DNA of 64,000 nt from Candidatus Latescibacterota bacterium (GTDB lineage: Bacteria > Krumholzibacteriota > Krumholzibacteriia > WVZY01), in assembly GCA_011772205.1 (NCBI GenBank), contig WVZY01000076.1, forward strand, positions 5,092 to 69,091, read 5' to 3'. Under the pieces are notes generated by a model. That model was not told where the DNA came from and made no database searches. It saw only the letters and a list, made by a program, of their open reading frames with translations. This document shows positions 27,888-37,437 of the stretch, one piece after another. The stretch's first letter is position 1, and the number at the start of each line of letters is the position of its first letter. Position numbers and translations under genes: made by a program.

Positions 27888-28063
27888 TTGATCTTGCGGC
27901 CCTCAGCGCCTCTTCCTGTCGGATTCCAAGTATTGTACTCTAAAATAAGAGCTTTCGTAAACAAAATTGTTCGGTTTCTGGCATAAGAATGGGATAAAAA
28001 GGTCGAATTGCAGCGGGATTTCGATACCCCGGACGGAGAGAGCCGGGCGTCTTTGCAAGCGAA

Positions 28064-29449
28064 TTATCTTTTGATGGTTCTCAAAAACTCCTGGACTTCC
28101 GGAATCGCTCCCTGGTAGATGAGATACCCGTTGTAGGGCTCGCGATCGGTAATCTCTCCGTTGACCGGGGTGAGCATGATTTTCTCCACTTTCTCCCGAT
28201 CGTCCGTTTGTCCAAGGGCCCAGCAGAGCTTCATGTAAGCGACTTCAGGCAGCATGTTGCAGGCGGGAACCACGCCGAGTTCCATGATTTCCCGACCGGT
28301 TTCGTAAACATACATCTGCACATAGCCCCATAACGTTTGAACGGTCATATAAATGTGCACGCCTTTGTCGCACGCTCTTTTCACCGCGGGGTAGAGAGGC
28401 TTGTTGACGTGGCCGAGGCCGGTGCCCGCGATCACGATGCCGCGGTAGTTATTGTCCACGCATGCGTCCACGATATCAGGGAGCATGTTGGGGTAATAGT
28501 AGAGAATAGTCACTTTTTCTTCGAAGGCCGTATTTATCTTGGCGTTTCTATCGGAGCGGCGGCGTTTGTAGTCGTCCCTCAGATGGATCAATCCCTTGCG
28601 GTTGATCATAGCCAATGGTATATCCCCGATGGTTCTGAATGTGGAACGGTAGCTCGAGTGCATTTTTCGCACGCGCGTCCCTCTATGGAGGAGGCCGTAT
28701 TGATCCGAAGTCGGACCAAACATGCATACCAGAACTTCAGCGATATCACCCTCCGCTGCGGCCTTTACCGCGTTGATGAGGTTCAGCGCCGCGTCCGATG
28801 AAGGCCTGTCTGATGATCGCTGCGATCCAACCATCACGATAGGGATTGGTGAATCCTGCACCATAAAGCTCAAGATCGCTGCCGTGTGGTGCATCGTATC
28901 TGTTCCATGGCCGATCACAATGCCGTCCGCCCCTTTCTCTATCTCCTCGCCGATCCTTTTCGCGGTTTTTATGTATTGCTCGGGTCCCATGTTTTCACTG
29001 AATACTCCGAAGAGCTTCTCTGTGGTAAGATTGCAAATGTCGGCGAGCTCCGGAACCGAGCCGTACAGCTCTCCCGGTGAGAAAGCCGGGATCACGGCAC
29101 CTGTTCGGTAATCCAGTCGGCTGGCGATTGTTCCACCGGTACCGAAAAGCTTGACATTCGGCTTCTTGGAATCGTAGGGAAAATCCTTTTCAGGAATCTT
29201 GTAATGGGCTTCCCTCCGACCCATTTCTTTCAAGGAAATGATCGTGTCGGCGGTAAGACCGACGTTGTAACCGTTGTTCAGCTTGAGAACGATGTGGTTT
29301 TCATCCGCAGTCTCCGACCGCGGAAGAATGATGCCTCGAAAGCGGCCGCTCTCCGCCACGACATCCACATCGCTCCATACCGAAACGCCATGTTCTTTCA
29401 AAACAGCGAGGCCTTTGCCTCGGTATCCTTTGTACTTGTCGCTACTCAT
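28064..29449 (-). CDS. gatD: Glutamyl-tRNA(Gln) amidotransferase subunit D (archaeal-type GatD, asparaginase-like)
   Basis: GatD-specific N-terminal domain plus an L-asparaginase fold with GTGGTIAS and HGTDTM motifs. Confidence 0.8.
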   Translation of the reverse strand: MSSDKYKGYRGKGLAVLKEHGVSVWSDVDVVAESGRFRGIILPRSETADENHIVLKLNNGYNVGLTADTIISLKEMGRREAHYKIPEKDFPYDSKKPNVKLFGTGGTIASRLDYRTGAVIPAFSPGELYGSVPELADICNLTTEKLFGVFSENMGPEQYIKTAKRIGEEIEKGADGIVIGHGTDTMHHTAAILSFMVQDSPIPIVMVGSQRSSDRPSSDAALNLINAVKAAAEGDIAEVLVCMFGPTSDQYGLLHRGTRVRKMHSSYRSTFRTIGDIPLAMINRKGLIHLRDDYKRRRSDRNAKINTAFEEKVTILYYYPNMLPDIVDACVDNNYRGIVIAGTGLGHVNKPLYPAVKRACDKGVHIYMTVQTLWGYVQMYVYETGREIMELGVVPACNMLPEVAYMKLCWALGQTDDREKVEKIMLTPVNGEITDREPYNGYLIYQGAIPEVQEFLRTIKR

Positions 29450-29486
29450 GATTCAACCCATTCGTTCTTCGCCGTTGCTATTCGGA

Positions 29487-31502
29487 TCATTTCGCTTTTC
29501 TTCGCGCCTTGCGCTCTTGCACTTCATCCAGTGCGTCCAGCTCTTCGTTCAGAATTCCGGAAACGATTTGCCCTTCCACGCACCCGCGTAACCTTTCCAT
29601 GAGAATGCCCATCAGGTAACGGTGCTTTTTATCGCGTGTGTTCACGGTGCGCGGAAAGTCAGTCCGGTGAACGGCATTTTCGACCATTTTTCTCAAGTCA
29701 TCGTCCGGTACCGGATTGATGCCAAGCTCATCGAGAGCGCTCCGGATACTTTCATCTGGATCATTTGGCGCTCCCCCATTTCTTGCAGTGTCGTATTCAT
29801 TTCTCGTAATGAGGTGGCGGACGACTTCCACAATGCCCTCGCGCGCAAGGCGCCCGCTCCGATGAGCTTTAAAGAGACTGATGAACTCCTCATCGGAAAG
29901 GTTTTCCAAAGAGAGGCCTTCCCGATCGAGCGCTTTGGCATGCTGGTAAAGGGTCACGCCGGCAAGCATGGGATTTACTTCGAGTTCGTCCACCAAGCGG
30001 TCGAACAATAGTGCCCTCGGGGAATAGGAAAGCATCCTGATGACATCGTCGGGGAGGTTTAATTTTCTGTACTGTTTCTCGCGTTTCCACGGAGGGTCGG
30101 GCAGGTTTGCACGCGCTCTTTCGACTCTGTCGGAGGTGAGGGCCAGCGGCGGAAGGTCCGTGTCGGGATACATCCTATCCGGACCTGGAAGGATCCGCTC
30201 GAAACCATTGGTGCCATCATTCAAGGCCTGGCGCGTCTCATTCGGTATCCCCTCGGTGGCCTCCCTGGCACGGATGGCGATTTCATTGCACCCGCATTCG
30301 GCATCCTCCTTGTTTCCCCACACCAGTACGAGAGCGTCGTTGGGATTGGCCTGTACTCGCTGTCGTATGAGCTTCCAAAATTTTGCAGAGAGTGTTTCCG
30401 ATGCCGCATCCGAATGCACGATGTTTGGAAGTCTGGTGAGACAGGCGACGACTCTGACTCTGTCCGAGATTTCTTTGGCGAAAGTGGTGTCGGTCTGGGT
30501 CTTCTCGTTGAGGATTCCTGCGAAATTGTCGAGCCTCACGCAGTGTATTTCCTCGCCCCGGTCGATTGCCTGCTGGATCGGAGCATATTGAGTCTTCGAC
30601 ACGATTCGCGTTACGTCCTCGCTGCCGGAGGCGAATGTCGATGGGGTGATGCCTCTCTGTTTGAGGAGCTCACGGATCCTCAATAGATTCCACTGGCGCA
30701 TCGCTTCGTTGTAAATCAGCATCGGAATCCGTGAAAGGCTCGGCACACCCTTGATCTCGACCCTCGTGCCGCCATCGATACTCACATTGACGTCTTCCCG
30801 GGCCGCTCCGTGTCCCGTGCGCACATTGCCCGTTGCCCGGACGAGCCTTCGCAGAATTTCACCGACTTCGGCGGCTTCTTGGGGAGTCTTCATGTCCGGG
30901 TAGGTGACTGTTTCGATGAGCGGCATCCCAAGGCGGTCCGTGAGGAAAACACGCTGATGGCCGATGTCCGACACCTCGCGGCATGCGTCTTCCTCCAGCC
31001 CGAGTTGGGCAATACGTATTCTCCTACCCTTGAACGGAATCCATCCATCGACACCGAGAATAGTCGTTCTCTGAAAGCCGGTCGGAATGCTTCCGTCGAG
31101 ATACTGCTTGCGGGCGATATGGAGCTCGTTAACCAGGTTGAGATTCAACAGGATGGCGACTTTCAGAGCGATATCCAAGGAAGCTTCATCCATCATGAAC
31201 GGGGGTGTGTCGTCCATTTCATACGTGCACACCGTGTCACTGTGTATCCGGTAGATGATCTCCTTCTTCGTCTTGAATTCCATCAAAGCGGTTCCGTCGT
31301 ACTCACCCAATTCAGATAGCGTTGGCCTCATGTGCCGAAGGATCTCTGCATCGTACGTTTTGCTGTAGTGACCGGCAGGGCAACGGCAAAACAGCTTCTT
31401 TTCGGTAAGAAGCTGCTGGTGGATTTCGAGGCCGGCCTTTAGGCCGATCGACTCGTAATCCGCCGGCGTCATCTCGTCAAACGGCTTGAACTCGAAACGC
31501 AT
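29487..31502 (-). CDS. gatE: Glutamyl-tRNA(Gln) amidotransferase subunit E (archaeal-type GatE)
   Basis: N-terminus YESIGLKAGLEIHQQL...KLFCRC is GatE-typical. GatB-like core with an inserted AspRS-like domain. The start at 31502 is supported by a GAGGAG RBS 9 nt upstream; the longer ORF to 31679 would translate a tandem repeat. Confidence 0.8.
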   Translation of the reverse strand: MRFEFKPFDEMTPADYESIGLKAGLEIHQQLLTEKKLFCRCPAGHYSKTYDAEILRHMRPTLSELGEYDGTALMEFKTKKEIIYRIHSDTVCTYEMDDTPPFMMDEASLDIALKVAILLNLNLVNELHIARKQYLDGSIPTGFQRTTILGVDGWIPFKGRRIRIAQLGLEEDACREVSDIGHQRVFLTDRLGMPLIETVTYPDMKTPQEAAEVGEILRRLVRATGNVRTGHGAAREDVNVSIDGGTRVEIKGVPSLSRIPMLIYNEAMRQWNLLRIRELLKQRGITPSTFASGSEDVTRIVSKTQYAPIQQAIDRGEEIHCVRLDNFAGILNEKTQTDTTFAKEISDRVRVVACLTRLPNIVHSDAASETLSAKFWKLIRQRVQANPNDALVLVWGNKEDAECGCNEIAIRAREATEGIPNETRQALNDGTNGFERILPGPDRMYPDTDLPPLALTSDRVERARANLPDPPWKREKQYRKLNLPDDVIRMLSYSPRALLFDRLVDELEVNPMLAGVTLYQHAKALDREGLSLENLSDEEFISLFKAHRSGRLAREGIVEVVRHLITRNEYDTARNGGAPNDPDESIRSALDELGINPVPDDDLRKMVENAVHRTDFPRTVNTRDKKHRYLMGILMERLRGCVEGQIVSGILNEELDALDEVQERKARRKAK

Positions 31503-31536
31503 TGCAATGCTCCTCTCGCCACTTGAGGGGAGGGAA

Positions 31537-31608
31537 CCTCGGAGAAGGCCTCGGAGGAAACCTCGGAGAAGGCCCCGGAGCAAGTCCCGGGACGAGCCCC
31601 TGAGGAGG
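31537..31608. repeat. Degenerate 12-bp tandem repeat x6 (consensus cCTCGGAGaAGg) in the gatE upstream region
   Basis: Units at 31537, 31549, 31561 (nearly identical), then 31573, 31585, 31597 (degenerating). Confidence 0.7.
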
Positions 31609-32233
31609 GCCCAGGATGAAAGCTCAGCAGGAAAGCCTATAAAATTACAATTATTACCCTTCTCTTGATGCGACTTCAATATAATAATATTGGATCATAT
31701 GCGGATACAAGCGACGAGAGTTCTGTTAATACGCATGAATAGAACCGAAATCAGACGGGTTCGCTGCCGCCTTCATGATGGGAGGTAATCTATAAGAACA
31801 TCAGTCGAGGGAAACCATCAGGACACTCATTGTGACCGGTGACGGCGACTCGAAGGCACGTAGATTTGGGGTGCATCGATTGAGCGGGCCCGTTATTGTG
31901 GAGGTAGACATGGCGCTCCGCGCGGAAGGCCGGAAGAAATGAGATGAGCGGAAAGCCGAAGGTCGCTACATCTTCAACCTGTTGAAAAATATACGCTTAA
32001 CATTCTTTAAGTCTTTCTGACGGGGATGTTGTGTCTGAGAGACAACTGCCCATTATTTGGCCGAAAGTTGTGAAATTAATCACAAGCCAATGGGAGCAAA
32101 TATCTTACTGAATCGGGTCAAGGATCCTGTTTGGTAACCGTCTCCTTGCTGGTTCCGCGCCCGGATCTTTGAACCTCTCCGGTCTGGGAACACTTCTGAG
32201 GTGCTGTCTGCAGCGCCCTATTATATTTAAAGA

Positions 32234-33193
32234 ATGCAAGAAACGATGAAAATTGCAGGTGTCATCCTTGCTGGTGGGAAGGCCAGCCGTTATAATAGTC
32301 AACCTAAAGGGCTTTTGGAACTGCCCAGTGGGGAAACGATCATCGAGCGGCTTCTATCCGAGATGGAAGCTGTCGGCGTGAGACCTCGCGTGATCTGTGC
32401 GGACGACGAGCGGCTCTATGCACACCTGGGCGTGCCTGTCATCCCCGATATCACAAAGGATATTGGCCCTCTGGGAGGGATAGAGGCGGCGCTGAGACAT
32501 TTCAAAGATCTCGTTGATGCGGTGCTCTTCCTTCCATGTGATACGCCCAATATCACGGCCGTTGAGCTCCGGGAGCTGTGTGATCGATTCAAGTCCCAAG
32601 CCAGCGAGATCTTGGTTGCGGAAACGGATGAGGGGACGTGGCACCCACTGTGCAGCGTAGTGCACGTAGGGATGTACGAAGAGGTAGCTCGTGCCGTCCG
32701 CGAGAGGTGCCTGGCGGTGGCCAGGTTGTGGCGGGAGCTCGGGGCCGCAAGTACCCGCTTCGAAGATGCGGTGCGATTCGCAAACATCAACGTGCTTGGA
32801 GATTTTGCCCAAGCTCTCGAGGCGGCCGAAGAAATCGACGGCCCCGTTCATCGTAAAGCCCGTTACAATTCAATCGAACAAGGAAAGGGAGAAAACTCGA
32901 TGCCGGTTTCTTCTATTGACGTACCAGAAACGATGCGTGGGGATCTTGTCGCTTTCTTATCCAAGGAGGGCATTGGACTGGCGGTATCTGCTGGTGGAGA
33001 AAATGAAATCACGGTTATTTCCAGCGAAGAGCGCAGGGAATGCACTATTTCGGAGCTGTACCCGGGCGGTTGGATAACATGCGAAGTGGCACGAGCGATA
33101 GCTGAAAAGCTCAACGTCAGGTACAGGGATGTCGGCAAGATTCTCAATTTCTACGAAATTAAAATACGCGAGTGCGGATTGGGGTGCTTTTGA
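32234..33193 (+). CDS. mobA: Molybdenum cofactor guanylyltransferase MobA with a ~120 aa Cys-containing C-terminal extension
   Basis: N-terminus GVILAGGKASRY...LPCDTP (MobA fold). Extra C-terminal domain ...RECTISELYPGGWITCEVARAIA...IRECGLGCF. Start may be ATG 32246 (MKIAGVILAGG). Confidence 0.7.
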   Translation: MQETMKIAGVILAGGKASRYNSQPKGLLELPSGETIIERLLSEMEAVGVRPRVICADDERLYAHLGVPVIPDITKDIGPLGGIEAALRHFKDLVDAVLFLPCDTPNITAVELRELCDRFKSQASEILVAETDEGTWHPLCSVVHVGMYEEVARAVRERCLAVARLWRELGAASTRFEDAVRFANINVLGDFAQALEAAEEIDGPVHRKARYNSIEQGKGENSMPVSSIDVPETMRGDLVAFLSKEGIGLAVSAGGENEITVISSEERRECTISELYPGGWITCEVARAIAEKLNVRYRDVGKILNFYEIKIRECGLGCF

Positions 33194-34011
33194 CGCGGAC
33201 ATGGTACATTAGCGGTGCCCGCCGGGGCGTTGGCAAGACTTACCTTGCAAAACATTTGTGTGCGGTGTTGCCCACATCGATTTACGTGAAGTGCGGCCGC
33301 GGAAGACCGAGGAGCGGAAAGTCAGCGAATTATTTTAGGACCAAGGGTGAATTGAATGCCTTCATCGCTAAATGCGATGGCTCGTATGAAAATGTGGTCA
33401 TCGAAGCGAACACGTACACCCAGAGAAAGCCTGGAAATATCAACATATTCCTGGATGCCAGGTCGACCGCGAACGACATTCGCACGGATGCCGACAATCT
33501 GAAAAAGAATGCTGATATCTGCGTGAGCAGTGGAGAATCTCGCTCGGATTGGGAAGCCGTGCTCGAAGCGCATGTCAACAATCCTGCCTTGATCGATGCC
33601 GTTCTGGATATCCTATCGGAACAACAACGCTGGATCAGCAGCAGCTCTTTGAAAGTTCGCAGCAAAATCTGGTTCGTGAATTCCGAAGGCGACCATGTTT
33701 TTGGCTCTGGGTTGGCTCAACTGCTCGTCGAAGTCGAGCATCTAGGTTCGTTGAATGCAGCGGCGAAGCGGATAAAAATCTCCAACCAGAATGCCAAGCA
33801 AGCGGTCGAGAAGGCGGAGAAGCATTTCGGACATCAGCTGATCCATCCGGGCCCTGGTGGTGACGAAGCCGGTGGTTCGAAGCTGACACCTGCAGGGAAG
33901 CGAATGGTGGCCCTGTATATAAGGTTGAGTGAAAAAACGGCTGCGTTTGTGGATGAAGTGTTTGACGAAGCCATCGCCGAGGAGCTCGGCAATATAAAGG
34001 AGCTGCCGTGA
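33172..34011 (+). CDS. Fusion of a MobB-like P-loop NTPase domain with a ModE-type molybdate-responsive HTH domain
   Basis: P-loop SGARRGVGKTYLAKHL near the N-terminus. C-terminal ModE/LysR-like winged helix GSLNAAAKRIKISNQNAKQAVEKAEKHFGHQLI. Alternative GTG/TTG start (33172-33190) overlaps the mobA stop. Confidence 0.6.
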   Translation: MRIGVLLTRTWYISGARRGVGKTYLAKHLCAVLPTSIYVKCGRGRPRSGKSANYFRTKGELNAFIAKCDGSYENVVIEANTYTQRKPGNINIFLDARSTANDIRTDADNLKKNADICVSSGESRSDWEAVLEAHVNNPALIDAVLDILSEQQRWISSSSLKVRSKIWFVNSEGDHVFGSGLAQLLVEVEHLGSLNAAAKRIKISNQNAKQAVEKAEKHFGHQLIHPGPGGDEAGGSKLTPAGKRMVALYIRLSEKTAAFVDEVFDEAIAEELGNIKELP

Positions 34012-35201
34012 TTCCTCTAAAAACGGCCATATCGATTGTGGACGAAAAAATCGGCGGCCGGCGGGTGCCCACGGAAAAGATCCCTGTCAGGGAAGCGGTG
34101 GGCCGCATTCTGGCTGCAGATCAGTTTTCCAAAGTGGATCTGCCTCCGTTCGACAAGTCCGCCATGGATGGGTATGCCGTGCTCGAAGGGGATCAACACA
34201 GTCGGTTGCGGATTGAGGGCGTTGTAACCGCCGGTGATCCCGGCACGGATAAACTCCTCCCTGGAACGACTGTGAAGGTGATGACAGGAGCTCCCGTTCC
34301 GCCCGGGACCGCCAGAGTGGTCATAGTTGAGGAAGCCGTCGAAGAAGACGGGCACGTTCGATTCGAAAATCCTTCGCCGGCCAGCAACATATGCAAAAAA
34401 GCGGAAGATGTGGCGGTGGGCGACAGGATATTGAAAGCCGGGGTCAGGCTCGGGGCTCTGGAGATCTCGAACCTCATCAGCTGTGGCATCGGCGACATTG
34501 ACGTCGCAAGACCGGTTAGCGTCGCCGTGATATCCACGGGCGATGAACTCGTCGATTCCTTTTCGAATTTGAGCCGCGGAAAGATCATGAATTCGAACGG
34601 CCCAATGCTGCAGGAACTGGCTCGCAAGTTCAGCATGACGGTTACCAGCGAAGTCTCGGTGACGGATGAGCCGTCCAAACTTACCGCCGTAATTCAACAG
34701 GCGCTGCGTGAAGCCGATATGGTTGTGTTGTCCGGAGGGGTCTCCGCGGGTGATTTTGACTTCGTCCCCCAGGCAATCGAGGAGGCCGGATTGCAGATCC
34801 ATTTCTCTCGTGTGGCTATCAAACCGGGAAAGCCCGTTACGTTCGCTACTAACGAAAACGGTATCTTGTTTGGCCTGCCGGGCAATCCCGTTTCGGTATT
34901 CTTGACGTTTCATCTGTTCGTCCTCCACGCGGCGGCGCGTCTTTCAGGCGCTTCATACGAACCAAAGACGTTCAACATTCGACTTGCCAACGACTATACC
35001 CGCCGTTCAGGTGAACGTATGGTCTATGTTCCCTGCCGCATCACAAGCGATGGTTTTGCGGAGCCCGTCATCTACCACGGCTCGGCACACCTGGCGGCAT
35101 TGATGCAAGCCGAAGGATTTCTTATAATTCCCATCGGTGTCAGGTCGATGACTTCTGGTGCCGAAGTCCCCCTGGTCATGTTTGGTTCGAGGTTCGGTTA
35201 A
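34008..35201 (+). CDS. moeA: Molybdopterin molybdenumtransferase MoeA
   Basis: MoeA N-terminal, MoCF-biosynthesis (GG...SGGVSAGDFDF) and C-terminal domains. GTGA overlap with the upstream stop. Confidence 0.85.
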   Translation: MIPLKTAISIVDEKIGGRRVPTEKIPVREAVGRILAADQFSKVDLPPFDKSAMDGYAVLEGDQHSRLRIEGVVTAGDPGTDKLLPGTTVKVMTGAPVPPGTARVVIVEEAVEEDGHVRFENPSPASNICKKAEDVAVGDRILKAGVRLGALEISNLISCGIGDIDVARPVSVAVISTGDELVDSFSNLSRGKIMNSNGPMLQELARKFSMTVTSEVSVTDEPSKLTAVIQQALREADMVVLSGGVSAGDFDFVPQAIEEAGLQIHFSRVAIKPGKPVTFATNENGILFGLPGNPVSVFLTFHLFVLHAAARLSGASYEPKTFNIRLANDYTRRSGERMVYVPCRITSDGFAEPVIYHGSAHLAALMQAEGFLIIPIGVRSMTSGAEVPLVMFGSRFG

Positions 35202-36002
35202 ATGCGCGATCCCTTTGGGCGTACCATCACTTATCTCAGGATATCGGTGACGGATCGTTGTAACCTGAGATGTCGTTACTGCATGCCCGATGAATGCGCG
35301 GAACTGCTTCCGCGTGAGCGGTTGCTTTCCTACGAGGAGATCACCGATGTTGCGCGAGCCGCAGCGGATCTGGGATTCAACAAGGTGCGCCTTACCGGCG
35401 GAGAGCCGCTGGTCCGCTCCGGTATTGTGGATCTCGTAAAAATGCTGAGCGGCATCGGTGGGATCGATGACCTGTCCATGACGACCAACGGCGTGCTTCT
35501 GGAAGCGTACGCCGCACCCCTGGCCGAAGCCGGGCTCGGTCGGGTCAACATCAGCCTCGATACGGTGAATCCGGAGCGGTACCGCGAATTGACCTTCGGG
35601 GGTGACCTCAGTAGAGTACTCGCCGGCATTCGGGCGGCAATGCAGGTGGGATTCAATCCAATCAAGCTGAACTGTGTTGTTGAAAAGTCTTCCGACGAGA
35701 CGGATGCCCGTGAGGTTGCCGCCTACGCCTTGCGGGAGGGTCTCGAAGTGCGCTTCATTCGGAACATGAACTTGGAGCAAGGCGAGTTTTGGGTGGTGCA
35801 GGGGGGAATAGGAGGGAATTGCGAGCTGTGCAACCGCTTGCGGCTGAGCAGCGACGGCCTGGTGAGACCATGTTTGTTCAGCGACGTAGGCTTCAGCGTG
35901 CGCGAACTTGGTGCACGGCAGGCAATCATTCGAGCCATCGATGCGAAGCCGGAATCCGGAGAGCAGTGCCGTACAACGACGTTCCGTCGGATTGGAGGGT
36001 AG
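35202..36002 (+). CDS. moaA: GTP 3',8-cyclase MoaA (radical SAM), short form
   Basis: CNLRCRYCMP radical-SAM motif, GGEPL, and the C-terminal auxiliary-cluster Cys CELCNRLR...C. Confidence 0.85.
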   Translation: MRDPFGRTITYLRISVTDRCNLRCRYCMPDECAELLPRERLLSYEEITDVARAAADLGFNKVRLTGGEPLVRSGIVDLVKMLSGIGGIDDLSMTTNGVLLEAYAAPLAEAGLGRVNISLDTVNPERYRELTFGGDLSRVLAGIRAAMQVGFNPIKLNCVVEKSSDETDAREVAAYALREGLEVRFIRNMNLEQGEFWVVQGGIGGNCELCNRLRLSSDGLVRPCLFSDVGFSVRELGARQAIIRAIDAKPESGEQCRTTTFRRIGG

Positions 36003-36003
36003 C

Positions 36004-36456
36004 GTGGCCGAATTTTCCCATGTGGATGAAGAAGGACGCGCGTCGATGGTCGATGTAGGCGGTAAACCGGTGCAGCGCCGTGTGGCGAAAGCGATGGGAT
36101 TTATAGAAATGGCCGATTCGACCATCAAATTGATCGCGGAGAACAATGTGAAAAAGGGCGATGTTCTCGGAGTGGCCGAAGTGGCGGGCATTCAGGCGGC
36201 GAAGCGAACGAGCGAGTTGATACCGCTTTGCCATCCGCTTCAGCTCAGCCAGATCCAGGTGAAAGCCAAGCTGGAGAAAGACGGGGTCCAGGTAACGGCT
36301 GCGGTGAGCTGCGTCGATCGTACAGGCGTTGAAATGGAGGCACTGACTGCGGTGAGTGTAGCACTGCTGACTGTTTATGATATGTGCAAAGCGGTGGATG
36401 AGAAGATGAAAATCCGGGACATCGCTCTCGTTGAGAAGCAAAAGCGCGACGTATGA
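36004..36456 (+). CDS. moaC: Cyclic pyranopterin monophosphate synthase MoaC
   Basis: GTG start with GGAGGG RBS. MoaC signature ...MVDVGGKP...LIPLCHPL... Confidence 0.85.
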   Translation: MAEFSHVDEEGRASMVDVGGKPVQRRVAKAMGFIEMADSTIKLIAENNVKKGDVLGVAEVAGIQAAKRTSELIPLCHPLQLSQIQVKAKLEKDGVQVTAAVSCVDRTGVEMEALTAVSVALLTVYDMCKAVDEKMKIRDIALVEKQKRDV

Positions 36457-37394
36457 AAAAAATGCAAATCGTCTCCGTGAATATTTCCGAACAAAAGGGC
36501 ACGATCAAGCATGCCGTACCCGAAGTTACGATCGATTTGAACGGCATCGTCGGGGATGCCCACGCAGGAACGACCAACCGGCTGGTGAGCCTGCTTGCCC
36601 GGGAGACGGTCGAGCGCTTCGCCAAAGGAATCGGCCGGGAAATCGCATTCGGGGAGTTTGCGGAAAACCTGACGACGCGGGGCTTGGATCCGGAGAGAGT
36701 GTGGCTGCTGGATAAGCTTAGAATCGGTGACGTCGAGCTGGAAGTGACACAGATTGGGAAAAAATGTCACGGCAACTTTTGCGCGATCTTTCGGGAGGTG
36801 GGGCGCTGCGTGATGCCCGATGAAGGCATTTTCAGCCGGGTAATTCATGGCGGGAAGGTTAAACCTGGAGACGCTCTGCAGCATCTACCGAAACAGCTCG
36901 AATTCAAGATCATTACGTTGAGCGATCGCGCGAGCCGCGGTGAATACGAGGACCGTAGTGGGCCGCGAATAAAGGAGCTCGTAGAAGAATACATGCAGGG
37001 CAAGCGGTGGTCTTCGATCGTTGATTCAACCATAATCCCCGATGATCCTGAGATTCTGGCGAGCGAACTGCGGGGTGCCTGCGACACCGGTTACGATGTG
37101 GTGATTACGACCGGTGGAACGGGCGTGGGCAGGCGGGATATTACCCCCGATGTGGTGGAAAAGGAATGCAGCAAACTGATTCCTGGTATCATGGAGCACA
37201 TTCGAGCGAAGTACGGGGCAAACAATCCCGCTGCCCTTTTGAGTCGCAGCGTCGCAGGAGTATTGGGCTCAGGTCTGGTATATACCCTCCCGGGCAGCGT
37301 CAAGGCTGTTGAAGAATACATGAGCGAGATTTTGAAAACGCTCGAGCACCTCATCATCATGCTCCACGGACTGGACTTTCACAGCCACAGATAG
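36453..37394 (+). CDS. MOSC domain fused to a MogA/MoaB-type molybdopterin-binding domain
   Basis: N-terminal MOSC beta-barrel (...GDAHAG...). C-terminal MogA/MoaB motifs GGTGVGRRDITPD ... LPGSV. ATGA overlap with moaC. Confidence 0.75.
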   Translation: MKKMQIVSVNISEQKGTIKHAVPEVTIDLNGIVGDAHAGTTNRLVSLLARETVERFAKGIGREIAFGEFAENLTTRGLDPERVWLLDKLRIGDVELEVTQIGKKCHGNFCAIFREVGRCVMPDEGIFSRVIHGGKVKPGDALQHLPKQLEFKIITLSDRASRGEYEDRSGPRIKELVEEYMQGKRWSSIVDSTIIPDDPEILASELRGACDTGYDVVITTGGTGVGRRDITPDVVEKECSKLIPGIMEHIRAKYGANNPAALLSRSVAGVLGSGLVYTLPGSVKAVEEYMSEILKTLEHLIIMLHGLDFHSHR

Positions 37395-37437
37395 AGCTGT
37401 CAAGCGCATTGCACCGCCAACCCAAGGAATCCCAGAC

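Noticed and set aside
31503-31679. N-terminal extension of gatE (ORF-track start at 31679) containing an LLRG repeat.
   Set aside because: A strong GAGGAG RBS sits 9 nt before the internal ATG at 31502, and GatE homology begins there. The extension is the translation of a 12-bp tandem DNA repeat.
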